Shown here: in pieces, positions 10,179 to 22,104 of the stretch
How positions within the stretch are numbered: the stretch's first letter is position 1
How the letters are laid out: the number at the start of each line of letters is the position of its first letter
Assembly (NCBI GenBank): GCA_016618085.1
Contig: JABLTG010000024.1
Location: forward strand, 124,001-151,715
From: Neovahlkampfia damariscottae
Lineage: Eukaryota
DNA: 27,715 nucleotides
Reading direction: 5' to 3'
Translations under genes and position numbers: made by a program
The notes under the pieces: model-generated
What the model saw: the letters and a program-made list of their open reading frames with translations, nothing else
Told to the model about the DNA's origin: nothing
Database searches by the model: none

Positions 10179-11864
10179 ATGAAACATTCAACTTCTGTTT
10201 CAACTATTATACTATTGTTTATCACATTCACAGAAACTCTTGGACAACAAAACATCTATCAAGATAAGAGAACAAAATTTCAAACAACTTGGGACATTTT
10301 CTTGGTTATTGTTTCATACTTTATAGCTCTAGTTGGTAGCTTCACAACTCTTCAGTTAATACATCAACTCAAATTTTCTGTTTCAAAAATGTCAAGATTA
10401 TTTTGGATTTTTCTTGCATCATTTGTTTTAGGAGGTGTAGCAATTTGGTCCATGCATTTTATAGGAATGGCTTCTGTTAAAGTATTGTATGCTACAAAAA
10501 TACTCAAAATGTCTTACGACTTTAAACTCACACTCTTCAGTTTATTCATTGGAATTTTTTCTTGTTTTGTTGGTTTGTTTATTGCTGATGTACATCACTT
10601 TTCAAGCACCATAAGAAATTTTTTATTACCTTTCAGAGATGAAAATTATCAAAAAAATGATGAAAACTCCGAAAATGAAAACAACATCCAACAAAAAATT
10701 AAAAATTGGATTTTAAAGTTGTTAGATTCTCACAATGATCCTGACAAACCACATATATTTCAAATTTTACTTGGTGGTACTTTAACAGCAACTGGTGTTG
10801 TTACGATGCATTATTCTGGAATGGAGGCTTTAGTTATACAAGCTAAATTCAAATACTCACCATTTTTATTCATTTTGTCTTTAGTTATTGCATTAATTGC
10901 TGCTGTTGCCGCTCTCACAATTGTATTTGCTTCTAAAACTATTTTAGAGCATTTCATAGCTGCTGTGGTTATGGGTGTAGCTGTAAGTGGAATGCATTAC
11001 ACTGGAATGGCTTCTGTTGTTTATTATGAATATATAGATTCAGTAGCTGTTATAGGTTTACGAATGGAACATTTAATTCTTGCTGTGATTGTGATGAGTC
11101 TTGTTACTTGCATGTTGATGGTTTTTGTTGTTTCGATTCAAAATTCATCAAGAAATGAAAGACTTGATCGCTTAGTTGAATCAAAAACTTATCAATTAAC
11201 AGAAGAAAGGAATAGATCTGAAGAACTTTTATTGAACATCTTGCCTCCTCGTATTGCAATAAAGATGAAACAAGGACAAACAGATATTTATGAAGAATAT
11301 TTAAATGCAACTATTCTATTCTCTGATATTGTTGGATTTACAAAAATGTCAAACACAATGACTTCAAAACAACTTGTTGTTATTTTAAATGATCTAGTTT
11401 CAAAATTCGATGATTTGGTTATATCTCATCAGATTGAAAAAATCAAAACGATTGGAGATGCATATATGGTTGTTGGTGGAATTCCTGAAGATCCATTTGG
11501 ATTTCAAGCTAATCAAGTAATGAAATTTGCAATTGAAATGATCAATACTGTTGGATTGTTCAATAAATCAACAAATTTGAAATACGACATAAAAATTAGA
11601 GTTGGTATGAATACTGGAAGAGTTGTTGGTGGTGTAATTGGAACAGTTAAGTTTTCTTTCGATGTTTGGGGTGAAGCTGTAAATTATGCAAGTAGAATGG
11701 AGAGCAGTGGAATTGAAAATCAAATTCAAGTTTCTGCCTCAACAGCAAAGTTAATTAGAAACAAATTTCAATTAAAATTAAGAGAAAATGTTGAAATTAA
11801 ATCACTTGGAAAAGTGAATACATATTTGTATAATCCAGAAGATTTCTTAAAAAAAAATGTGTAA
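10179..11864 (+). CDS. MHYT membrane sensor domain fused to a class III adenylate cyclase
   Basis: Three MHYT motifs (IWSMHFIGM, VTMHYSGM, SGMHYTGM) in TM helices; signalling helix (EERNRSEELLLNILPPRIA); cyclase motifs ILFSDIVGFT, EKIKTIGDAYM, KFSFDVWG, VNYASRMES. Confidence 0.9.
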   Translation: MKHSTSVSTIILLFITFTETLGQQNIYQDKRTKFQTTWDIFLVIVSYFIALVGSFTTLQLIHQLKFSVSKMSRLFWIFLASFVLGGVAIWSMHFIGMASVKVLYATKILKMSYDFKLTLFSLFIGIFSCFVGLFIADVHHFSSTIRNFLLPFRDENYQKNDENSENENNIQQKIKNWILKLLDSHNDPDKPHIFQILLGGTLTATGVVTMHYSGMEALVIQAKFKYSPFLFILSLVIALIAAVAALTIVFASKTILEHFIAAVVMGVAVSGMHYTGMASVVYYEYIDSVAVIGLRMEHLILAVIVMSLVTCMLMVFVVSIQNSSRNERLDRLVESKTYQLTEERNRSEELLLNILPPRIAIKMKQGQTDIYEEYLNATILFSDIVGFTKMSNTMTSKQLVVILNDLVSKFDDLVISHQIEKIKTIGDAYMVVGGIPEDPFGFQANQVMKFAIEMINTVGLFNKSTNLKYDIKIRVGMNTGRVVGGVIGTVKFSFDVWGEAVNYASRMESSGIENQIQVSASTAKLIRNKFQLKLRENVEIKSLGKVNTYLYNPEDFLKKNV

Positions 11865-12006
11865 ATGAAGTTTATGTGATTGTTTCATTCATATTCGTCG
11901 AAAATTGTAATTGCAATGAATCTTTGGATTCACAATAAAGATTTATTATTATTGACTCCGAAATGCACCTGAATGAACAGTAGAAGGTTCAAACTGACTT
12001 TTCAAA

Positions 12007-13371
12007 TCAAAAATAAGAATTGATGAAATTTGGTTCACCATTACTGTACAATTCTTTCAACATCAATGTATTTGATATTATCAGCAGAAGTTCTTCGTTT
12101 ACGGAAATAAAATCAATTTCTTCAATCTTCACGAGGATCTTATGATCACAGAATGAATTGATTATTGGAGCTATTGAAGAATCAACTGTATTTGATATTT
12201 GTTGTTGTTTCTTTGACTCATATTTCTTCTCAATTTGCTCTTGTTGTTTTCTAATTTGATTCAAATCCCTTGGTTTCAAATTTTCTTCTGTCAACATTAA
12301 ATCTTTAGGATTTGGTAAAAATGGTACTTCTTCAAACAATTCTAAATCTTTGTTGTTTTCTCCTTCTTTGAATAATTTTTTTGAGTTTTCAAAACGTTCT
12401 TCAAATATAAATAAAATTTCATCATTTGTTTCAATCGATTTTTCATCAAAAGAATTAACTTTTTTGAAAATAAAATGATCAACAAAATGAACTAAAAGGG
12501 CATCTGCTGTATGAATATTTTTCTTTTTATAAGTTTTGTTATTGGTTGTTGGGATTAATTTTACAACATCCTCCAAATTGACTTTTTCTTTTTTAACATT
12601 AAAAAGGTTCTCTGTTGTTTGTATTTGATTAAATAAAATATTTGAAAATTCTAATTCTCTTTCAAAAGATCCTTGGTTTTGTTCAAAAGCAAAAACAAAT
12701 TCTGAACAACTTGGAAATGGATTTTCTTCATTAACTTTCATTTTTGGAAAAAGTAATGAATCATTTTTTAAGTATCGCAAAGAAATAAACAGATGATCAT
12801 CGAATCTTGAAAATGGAATTTGAATTGCTTCAAAAGCCTTTGGAGAAATAATTTTCCAACCATTTCCTTTTGGAGATTTGAATTCTTCTTGTTTTGGTGA
12901 TTTAAGAGTAGGAGGTGATTTCATATTTGGTGATTTAAAACCTTTCTCATCTGCGGAGTTATTTGGAACTCCAGTCAAATCTAAAATTAGACCTAAAGTA
13001 CCAGACCTCTTTTTTTTATGGTGAACGCTTTCTGTTTCATTTTCTATTTCTTGAAAATGATTCTCCATGAAACCAAGAGAACCTGATGTTTTTCTTATTG
13101 CCTCCAGTGGATCTTTAGATTTTTCTTCTTTTTTTGTTCCTAAACCAAATATTGTTGATGCTGACCTTGGTTTTCGTTTTGGTAAATCATTTTCTTCTTC
13201 ATAAATTGGTGTTGTCTGAAGAAAGCTGAAAAACGTTTTTTTTCTTTTTCCAGATTGTGAATCTGTTCCTCCTGGCAGAGATGCGCTTCTTTTTTGAACA
13301 GAAGGGTCTTCTAAAGGTTCCAGTATTTCATCGTTGTTTTCTTTTGTTTTCTTTTTTCCAAACAAACTCAT
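12007..13371 (-). CDS. Hypothetical protein with a disordered N-terminus rich in RxxS and KSP sites; the 3' end may splice to a short exon ending near 11949
   Basis: Long ORF (ATG 13371) with a CCAAT box at 13413. The last codons look intron-like (T-rich, followed by TTTGAAAAG). Confidence 0.65.
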   Translation of the reverse strand: MSLFGKKKTKENNDEILEPLEDPSVQKRSASLPGGTDSQSGKRKKTFFSFLQTTPIYEEENDLPKRKPRSASTIFGLGTKKEEKSKDPLEAIRKTSGSLGFMENHFQEIENETESVHHKKKRSGTLGLILDLTGVPNNSADEKGFKSPNMKSPPTLKSPKQEEFKSPKGNGWKIISPKAFEAIQIPFSRFDDHLFISLRYLKNDSLLFPKMKVNEENPFPSCSEFVFAFEQNQGSFERELEFSNILFNQIQTTENLFNVKKEKVNLEDVVKLIPTTNNKTYKKKNIHTADALLVHFVDHFIFKKVNSFDEKSIETNDEILFIFEERFENSKKLFKEGENNKDLELFEEVPFLPNPKDLMLTEENLKPRDLNQIRKQQEQIEKKYESKKQQQISNTVDSSIAPIINSFCDHKILVKIEEIDFISVNEELLLIISNTLMLKELYSNGEPNFINSYF

Positions 13372-13588
13372 CAAGTACTTTCTTTGTCAAAACAAAAGAG
13401 AAAGTGAACATCATTGGTCAATTCATTTCTTGATATTTTTGAGGAACCATTTGGAAGATTTCTCAAAGCTAAAGTAACTTGATTTATTGTTTCGTTGATT
13501 TGAAGAAATTATCCAATGGAAACAAACATGGTTTTCAAATTTCTCAATTAAAAAAAGATCTCTCAGACACAAAAATTTTAATTTATCT

Positions 13589-14328
13589 TTAATAATCCAT
13601 CATTTCATCGTTTGCTTTTTTATAATTTGTTGCGAATGTCATATTCCAAAATCCATGAAATGTTCTTTTAAATTCTGAATGTTTAACTTCAACATTATAT
13701 CTTTTCAACATTTTAACATATTCATGACCTTCATCTCTCAATGGATCAATATCAACAGTCAACAAATATACAGGTGGTAAATTGACCAATCCATTTTTGT
13801 TCTTCAAAGGATTCAATAATGGTGAATTGTACATTTCATCTGGATTATTGTTTCCAACTACTGATTTTGTAAAAATTTCATTATTGAAGGTGATAAAAGG
13901 TATCTTTTATCAGTTCTATTGTATGAAGGGAGGGTTGGTCTAATCCAAAGAGATGGATAAATTAAAACTTGACAAGAAACTTCCAATTTGATATTTTCAT
14001 CTCTTATTAATGTACGAAGTACAGCTGTTAAATTGCTAAATCACCACCAATACAAAGTTTTTTAAAATTCGCTCTATCAAGTAAATGTGTTTTTGGATTT
14101 TCCAACCATTTCGCAACTGAATAACAATCATTTATTTGAGCTGGAAATTCATTTTCTGGAGCTACTCTATAAATAATTGCAACTAACAATCATTCCATCT
14201 TTGGCAATTTTTCTACAGGGTTGTTCATAATTAAAACTAAAATCTAGAACATAACCTCCACCATGAATATATAAAAAAACAGGTTTTTTTTCACTTGTAT
14301 TTGTCAAATCTTCGAAAATTCTAATTGG
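13589..14328 (-). pseudogene. Hormone-sensitive-lipase family alpha/beta hydrolase pseudogene, 5'-truncated and frameshifted
   Basis: Readable across three frameshifts: PIRIF..PVFLYIHGGGYV, YRVAPENEFPAQINDC, CIGGD/NLTA (GDSAGG nucleophile motif destroyed), QVLIYP, LPPVYLLTVDIDPLRDEG, HGF. Confidence 0.85.
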
Positions 14329-14349
14329 TCAAGGTCAAGAACAGCAAAG

Positions 14350-17300
14350 ATGCAATTGTTCAAAACAAAATCAACCAAAGATAAAGAAGATGTGAAAAAG
14401 CTAATAACTGAATTAAAAACATCAATTGATAACAAAATTGAGTTTTCTGATTGTTTATTCCAACAAACAAAAAAAAATGCTTGGAAAAAATTTTATTTTT
14501 TTTTAACTTCAGAACCAAACTTGTACATAATAGAAGAAACCGTAAACCAATTTTTTTTTAAAAATATTCTAAGAAAACATCATATGAACTTGTCAAACTT
14601 GACCAAGAAAATATGGAATTTGAACAAATTTTTTTAGAAGTTTCTCAGATTCCTTATCACATCAATTTAGGAAAAAATATGATTTTAGGCTTTGAGAGTC
14701 ATGTTACATTTCATAATTTTGTGAAATGTTTGAAAAAATTTAACTTGTCAGAAATAAAACCTGAATTTCATAAATTCACGACACATTTGGATAAATTACG
14801 TACTGAAGCTTTTTTTTTTAAATATTTTTATAGCTGTCAAAGATTGGAAAATTCATGATTCAATTCGTTGGCTTGGTACAATGTACTTCAAAAACGAACC
14901 TCTTTCATTGAAATATGAAAACATGATTAAAGGAATGAATGGACTTGAGCTGATAAAATTGACAAAAGAAGATTTTTTAAAGCATTATAACTCAAATGAT
15001 TCCGCTATTATTTTACACAATGAAATTCAAAAGTTGAAAGAAAATTCAAGTAACAACAATAATATTTCTAATTTTTCACACAGTTTTTTCAACTAATAAA
15101 ATGAGATTTAGAATGAAAATAGATGCTTTGAATCATAAAAAAGATGAAGAAGTTGCTAAATACATGGATGAACATGAGTATTTTCTGTTTTCATTATGTG
15201 ATGAAGATGAATTGTTGAAGACATATTTAAACGTGCACATCAACGAAAAAATTCATGAAAATTCTGAAAAATTTGTAAAATCACCAGAAGGGGTTGAAAT
15301 TCGTTTAATACTATCTGAATTCACTCACAATAATCAAATGTTAAGCATACCTGAATCTTTCAGTGGTACCATCAATTCAATGCCGAAATTTGATTGGAGT
15401 GAAAAATTTGGACATTTTAAATGTGCATTGTTAATAGGACCTTATTATTTAGAATTCACAGACAGCTCGATTTGTGTTCCAAAACGATTAAACTCCGATT
15501 TTGGAGAAATATTTCGACAAATTAAACCAATAAGAACTTTAAAAAAATTCAACTTGTCCTATGTCACAAAAAAGATTTCCAACATTATTGTCAAATGGAA
15601 TACAAGATTTTTATACAAAGCTGCAAATCCTGATCTAAAAAGTAAAGAATCAAATGGGTTTCATTTCATAAATGAATTATTGCATCAATTTGATGATGAA
15701 TTTGATTTTGAATTTTTAGGTTCTCTAGTTTCATTGATGGATGAAATCCAGGTGTTCGGAGATTGTGGTGCTTCAATTTTACCAGGCAAACATCAAGAAA
15801 TTCTCCGAGAAAAATTTAACTTTTCATCAATACAAGAATGCAAATCACATGCTGAACTTGATAATGAACTTCTCAATATTTTGGAAGAAGATAAAATGTT
15901 CAAAATTGAATTTCTTCAAGACTACATCTGTTTTCAATTGATAGATCTTGCATTTTGGTTTAGATCAATGATACATCAAAAAGAAGAGTATGTTCAGTGT
16001 TATGATGGTAATGAACCTTGTTGTCCTTGCTTCAGTCGAGGTTTTTTTCTGAATATATTTCAAAATTATTTGTTAAATGTTCCTGAAGAAAAAATGCCAA
16101 CATCGGAAATGTTTATGAGGATAAAAAAAGAGAGAGAAGTCATTGTTTCAGAATCACCAAAGAAAGAAACGAAATTTCATTATTTAATGAAAAATGTGGC
16201 TCAAAAGTTTCAAGCATCCCCAAAATCTCCACAAACAGAAAAATCAGAAGATGATTTTTATTATTCTTCTGATGAAGAAAAATCAAAAAAACTTTCTTTG
16301 TCTTACAGTGTCTCAAGGAAAAGAGCACTAAAAAAATCACCTTCAAAAGATGCAATGTTGCATCAAATGAAAGGAAGAAAACAACGATCCAGGAGAAAAT
16401 CATCACACATCAGTGTTTCAATGATATTCACAGAAAATGGAAAACCATCAACACCAACATCACGAAGAACTCCATCAAAACAATATATTGTCAGTATCAA
16501 TTCAAGTAATGAGAATAGTCCAATGAAAAATCATCACAATCAATCATTCATCAAATTATATCCTATAATTAAAACAAAACCTGAAATTAAAAAGTTGGAA
16601 ATTTTTGATGATCCTATTGAAGTAGAAATTTTTAAACAATTTTCAATTGAACACTCAGCATATGAAGAATTTCTTTATTATGAAATTTATCAAAAATGGC
16701 ATTTTGAGGAAAGTGAAATAGAAAGAAATATCCTTTTACATCATTTATTTGATCGTTTCATTCATGAAAAAGGATCAGATTCAATTACATTTACCTTTAG
16801 AAAATTGAAAAATTTAAAGAGAATTTTCTCAGATGAACCCAAGAAAGCAATTGAAATTGTTTACAATCAAGTAATTTCTTTTCATCAAATTAACATTTTT
16901 AATGAAGATTTTTGATCGATTGAATGCATTACACTCCCAATATGTTGAATCTGAATATTGGAGATCTGAAGAATTAAAAACTGATTGTCCAGATACATTC
17001 AATGAAATTATTGACAACCAAGAAGCATTTAAATTATTTTCCAATTTTGTCTCAAATACAGTTTTTGGAAGTCAATATATTGATTGTTGGAATGATTTAA
17101 AAGATTATGAAAAAAATAACTCAAAAAGAAAAATTTTGAAAATCTTGGGGTATGTCAAAGAAAATTCATCACATAATTTCCTTCATAACCCTGAGATTCG
17201 GAAAAGAATTGTAATAAATGACAAATTACAACCTGGAGGTTTTGAAGCCTTCTTAGATTATGTTCATGATATTTTAGCCTATGAATATTATCCGAGATTC

Positions 17301-18790
17301 AAATACACCAAAATTTGGAAGAATTATCATAATGCAAAAGCACCTAAAAATTTAGACTTGAAATTTAAAGACATGTATACAGTGATTCAAATTGACAAAG
17401 AAATTTCAAGTTTTGATTGTAAAATTCAACATATGATTGTGCAACATAAAGTTACTGCAGAAATGTTCAAAGCAAAAAAAATAATTTCATTGGATAAAAA
17501 ATTCATCAAAAAGAAATCAATTGAAGTAATAATTTTGTTATTTCTGACATTGTAATATAGTATTTAGATAATGTTCCACATCGAAATCTCATAAATGTTA
17601 TTGATTCTTTCACAGAATCAGATACAAATGAGTACAACCTAATTCTCATAACTACATTAGTTGTTGATTCCTTAGCCAAAGATGTGCATCATAAAATTGA
17701 TGTTGTCAAAGAATCAGTACGTAAATCATTGATTGACATTTCATCAAGTTAATTTTAAGATTCATGATTCAAATTCTAAGAGTGATGAATTTATTTCATC
17801 AAAATGGAAAATTTGGAAGATTGAATGAAGCTTCAGTGTATCTCTCTTCCTCATATATTACAGTTTATATTGATCCTGGGTTTTATATTGAAGATGATAT
17901 TCAAAATCCTGACTATTTAAGAGCTCCAGAAATTCATCAACAATCACCAAGACCAAATGAAAAATCTGATATTTATTGTGCTGGTTTTGTTTTGATTAAA
18001 TTTTTGACGCAAAGAAACTCGAAAGAAATGCAACAAATTTTTGATCTGAAAATTTCATCTCCAAAGAGTTCTTCTTTGCTTAGTGCAATACCAAGAAAGA
18101 TTTCATTAACACCAAAATATGAAAAACCTCATCCATATTTTAATAATTTTCAAAAAGAAATTGGAAAATTCAAAGTAAGTTCACTTTAAAAATTGAAATA
18201 TATTTTTATAGGATTCTCTTTCAATTGACCCAAAAATTTTAGATTTGATGATGCACATGATTCAACCAGATCCAAAAAATCGTCCAACTGTTTCAGAGTT
18301 ACTTAACTCTGTTCATGGAATAAAAGAAAAAAAGAAAAATTCAAAACTTCAAAAACCAATCAAAAAAACTCGTTTTGATGGTTTGACTAAAAATCAAAAA
18401 CAATTGATTCAAAATGATACTTATCGTCAATATTTCAAAGAATACTTGAGAACTGAAATGTCTGTTGAATCTATTTTATTTTTTGAAGATGTTCAATTGT
18501 TCAATGAATTTAGAACATGTCAAGAACGAATTATCAAAGCAAATGAAATTATTCAAGCTTATTTAACGGATGAATCGGAGTTGGAAGTTAATGTAAGTGG
18601 AAAATTAAGAAGAACATTAGAAATTCAAGTTGAAGATGCTGAGGAATCTGGAGAGCTTGGAACTGATATATGGGATGATATTGCTATTCACATCATTGAA
18701 ACTACTTTATTGAATTCATACCAACGTTTTGAAAACTCTCCAATGGCAAAATCGTTGATGAAAAAGATCAAATCAAAATCTAAGAAATAA
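14350..18790 (+). CDS. Large multidomain RGS protein: PH-like, SAM-like, papain-like-fold remnant, RGS, RGS, pseudokinase, RGS; 8 exons
   Basis: Introns 14542-14573, 14800-14833, 15050-15083, 16871-16907, 17526-17560, 17717-17748 and 18175-18211 join seven listed ORFs in frame. RGS motifs e.g. RQYFKEYLRTEMSVESILFFEDVQLF; kinase-fold motifs HRNLI, YLRAPE, KSDIYCAG, DPKNRPT. Confidence 0.8.
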
Positions 18791-18862
18791 TGAACAGGTT
18801 GATCATCAACTAATTTAAGCCAATCAATTCACTTTGATCTTAAATCAGTTGAAAATACAAAA

Positions 18863-19309
18863 ATGGTACTCGTTACTGCTGTTATGGTTCCTTGGGAAAA
18901 GGTAGTTTGCTGTTTGGACAAAGAAGAACTTGAAGGTGTTGCAAGCTTAATCTTAAATCACAAAATTAGTTCAGTGGTGGTTGTGAATCCAGAAAAATCT
19001 AAAGTGTTAGGAATTATGACAAAAACAGATTTAATCAATGCATTTTTAATGAGAATATCACCAAATAAATCTGTTGGAAAATTAATGTCTTCAACTGTTG
19101 TTTATGCTCACGAAAAAGATGGTCGAGATAAAGTTGGTCAAATGATGCTTGATAACGAAGTTCATCAAATCATAATTCAAAATGATAAAAAAGAACCTGT
19201 TGGACTTGTTACAAGCATGGATATTGTGAGAAATTTAGTTGAAGAATCAAAAATGGAATTAGGAAGATTATTAATGTCCATACCAAAATCGAAACCTGTC
19301 ACACAATAA
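18863..19309 (+). CDS. CBS-pair (Bateman domain) protein, 148 aa
   Basis: HKISSVVVV..VLGIMTKTDL and VHQIIIQ..PVGLVTSMDIV. Confidence 0.85.
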   Translation: MVLVTAVMVPWEKVVCCLDKEELEGVASLILNHKISSVVVVNPEKSKVLGIMTKTDLINAFLMRISPNKSVGKLMSSTVVYAHEKDGRDKVGQMMLDNEVHQIIIQNDKKEPVGLVTSMDIVRNLVEESKMELGRLLMSIPKSKPVTQ

Positions 19310-19413
19310 AATTGTTCATTTTTGGCAAAAATTAAAGTTGATTTGTAAAAGAGTTGGTCAATGATTCGCCTTTTTTAACCAATAACCTTCCAAAATTATC
19401 CGCACCAATCAAA

Positions 19414-20579
19414 ATGGGTAACCAAGCTCTAACATCATTCACAACAACTTTCGTTTACGTTTCAAAACTTACAGGAATCACCAAAGACTACAAGAATTGT
19501 ATCCTTGAAGTTCATGCTGCTGACCAACAAGGAAGACTTGTTGGACCAAAACCAAACTTCCAAATTCCTTTATTAACAAGTGCTCAAGGTTTAGTTCTCC
19601 AACAAGAACAACCTTTCAACATTATCAAAGATTCCACAGCGACTCATGTAAAAGTAGTTTTATCAGCAAAAGGAACTTTTTCCAACACAGAAATTGGAAG
19701 TGCTTTCTTTTCAATTGGAGGGTTTAAACAAGATGTTATGTCTCCTTTTGACTTGAACTTAATGTCAAAACAAAATCAAGTTGTTGGTAAAATTTCCATG
19801 AAAATGTATATTCCTGGTGAACTTTATGAAAAGAAACTTCTTTACAAACATGCTGTTTATTATCAAAAAAATTTATGTCAAATTCACTTCACCAAAAGAT
19901 CAACAATTACTTTAAGATTCGGTTTTGATACTCAAATATTTTATAATGATATGTTATCACTTATTTTCAAAGTGATTGAATTTGTCAATGACAAAAGAAA
20001 GATATTTGAAGCTTATGATGTTTCAAGTTTATTTTCAGAAGATACTCCAATGATGACTATTACAATTCGTTTCACAGATGAATTTATAAAGGAAGCTCAA
20101 GATAATATTGATCCAAATGAAGTTGATAACAACAAACCATTGGAAAAATTAGTGATTCCTTGTACTATTTCACATCAAAACTTTCCTACACAAATTGATC
20201 CAACAGGTTTACAAGCAAAATTCTTCTATCAAAGAAATAATACTCAAGTATATTCCAATATCAGTTATAATTTGGATTTTCATTCACAAAATGAATTGAA
20301 TGCTTTAAAGTAAGTCTTTATATAATTTATTCATTTTTCTTAAGTTTTATTGACCAAAATAAGGATTCAATTGATTTAATCTCAAAAGATAAAGGTATGA
20401 GATTTGTTACTAGTAACAACTCATCATCTCTTTATCCATTTGTTTCTTGTTATATTGTTTGGTATCATTTGAAAGACAACTCAAAACAATTGGATAATTA
20501 CCAAATTGGAGAACAACCTCAACAACAACAACAACAACAGCAACAGCAAACACAAACACAACAAGGAGTAAAATTATAA
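19414..20579 (+). CDS. C2-like domain protein, paralog A (MGNQ N-terminus, polyQ tail), 2 exons
   Basis: ATG 19414 in an AAAATGG context; C2-like C-terminal strands (VKVVLSAKGTFSNTEIGSAFFSI..FDLNL..VVGKISMKM); intron 20310-20344. Confidence 0.7.
20520..20549 (+). repeat. (CAA/CAG)10 polyglutamine microsatellite
   Basis: Directly visible run. Confidence 0.9.
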
Positions 20580-20655
20580 TTTATTATTTCTTCAAATTGA
20601 AGTTTCTTCTAAAAATTTATTATCCAATCAATTTCATTTCTAAAACCTGTCAGAC

Positions 20656-21805
20656 ATGATTGTAGCTTTAGCTTTAGCCACTTCTCAAATCAAACAACCT
20701 TTAACCACTTTCACCACAAACTTTTTGTATTTTACTAAAATAACAAATATTCAAGGACAATACAAAGATTGTGTTTTAAAAGTTAATTCATCAGATTCAA
20801 AAGGAAAACCCATCGGTCAACAATTGTCAGTTCCAATTTCATATATGGATCAAAGAGGAATTATTCTTCAAAATGAGTTGGAATTTAAACTTGTCAAAGA
20901 CTCTACAGCGACACATATAAAAATCGCATTATATCAAAAAGGTTCATTAACAGACCAAGAAATAGCAAGTGCTTTCTTTGGTGTATCTAGCTTCTCAGAA
21001 GATACTTTAATACCGTTTGACCTCAATTTACTTCAAAATAATTTCGCTATTGGTAAAATCAGTTTAAAAATTTATATACCTGGAAAACAATTTGAAAACA
21101 AAAGTACAAGGAGATATGCTGCAAAATGTAAAACAAATTTGTGTCAAATTCATTTCACTAAAGGATCAGCAATAAATACAAGATATAATTTTGACGTAAT
21201 TAAATTCAACAATGACATCTCTTCAATTATCAACAAAGTTATGGATTTTGTGGATGACAATCAACAAAATTTAACTTTATATCAAATTACCTCTATTTTC
21301 AATGGTGATTTTCCAATGGTTTCAATTACAATTCAATTCAAAGATTCATTTGTTCAGGAAGCATTGTCTGATGAAGAGTTATTAAAAACTCCGGTTCAAG
21401 AATTATTCATCATTCCTTCAACTGTTCCTCATTTTGGTTATGTTTCAAAACTTGGAGATAAAGGTTTACAATCAAAATTATTTATGGATTCTGCAAACAC
21501 CAGTTTGAACACTTTTGGTCATCCATTATCTTTTCATGTTCAAAATGAGATAAAAGCAACACAGTAACGAACTTTTTTTTTCTTAATTTTTTTATAGTTT
21601 TGTTGAAATTAATAAAGAAAATATGAATGTGGTTTCAGTTGATAAGGAGATTGTTTTCAATATCAATAATTTTTATGCAAAGACACCATATGTTTCTTGT
21701 TTTATTGTTTGGTATTATTTGAAAAAAAATGAAAAAGTCGAAGTTGTAGAAGGAAGGGTATTAAGAGGTGTTCAACAAATCAATGATATTGAAATAAAAA
21801 AGTAA
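20656..21805 (+). CDS. C2-like domain protein, paralog B (tandem duplicate), 2 exons
   Basis: Colinear similarity with paralog A (KDSTATH, PFDLNL, NLCQIHFTK, FHxQNE, PxVSCxIVWY); intron 21564-21597 at the same position and phase. Confidence 0.72.
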
Positions 21806-22104
21806 AAAATTTAGAACAAATCTGTTGTTTGAGATGTATTCAAATAGAATTGAAATCACAACAACCAAAATCTTTCATCTTCAAATTGTTGTGACTTTCT
21901 TTATTTAGCTTCTACAGAAAGATCTTCTACCATTCCCAATTTGTTTGATCAGGTGGAGCAGAACAAGAACAACTATTTTTTTTGAAAATTTTGGATATCA
22001 GAATAGTTTCAAAAAATGATTGTTTTTCCCCTGAAAACCATGAAGAAAGAAGATTTATTGTTGTGGGTATTCATCCAATAAAATCAGTCCAAATCAACCA
22101 ATCA

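Noticed and set aside
21810..22075. 9-bp inverted repeat (21856-21894) and an ATG-less minus-strand open frame
   Set aside because: Short and AT-rich enough to arise by chance; no start codon or recognisable RNA family.
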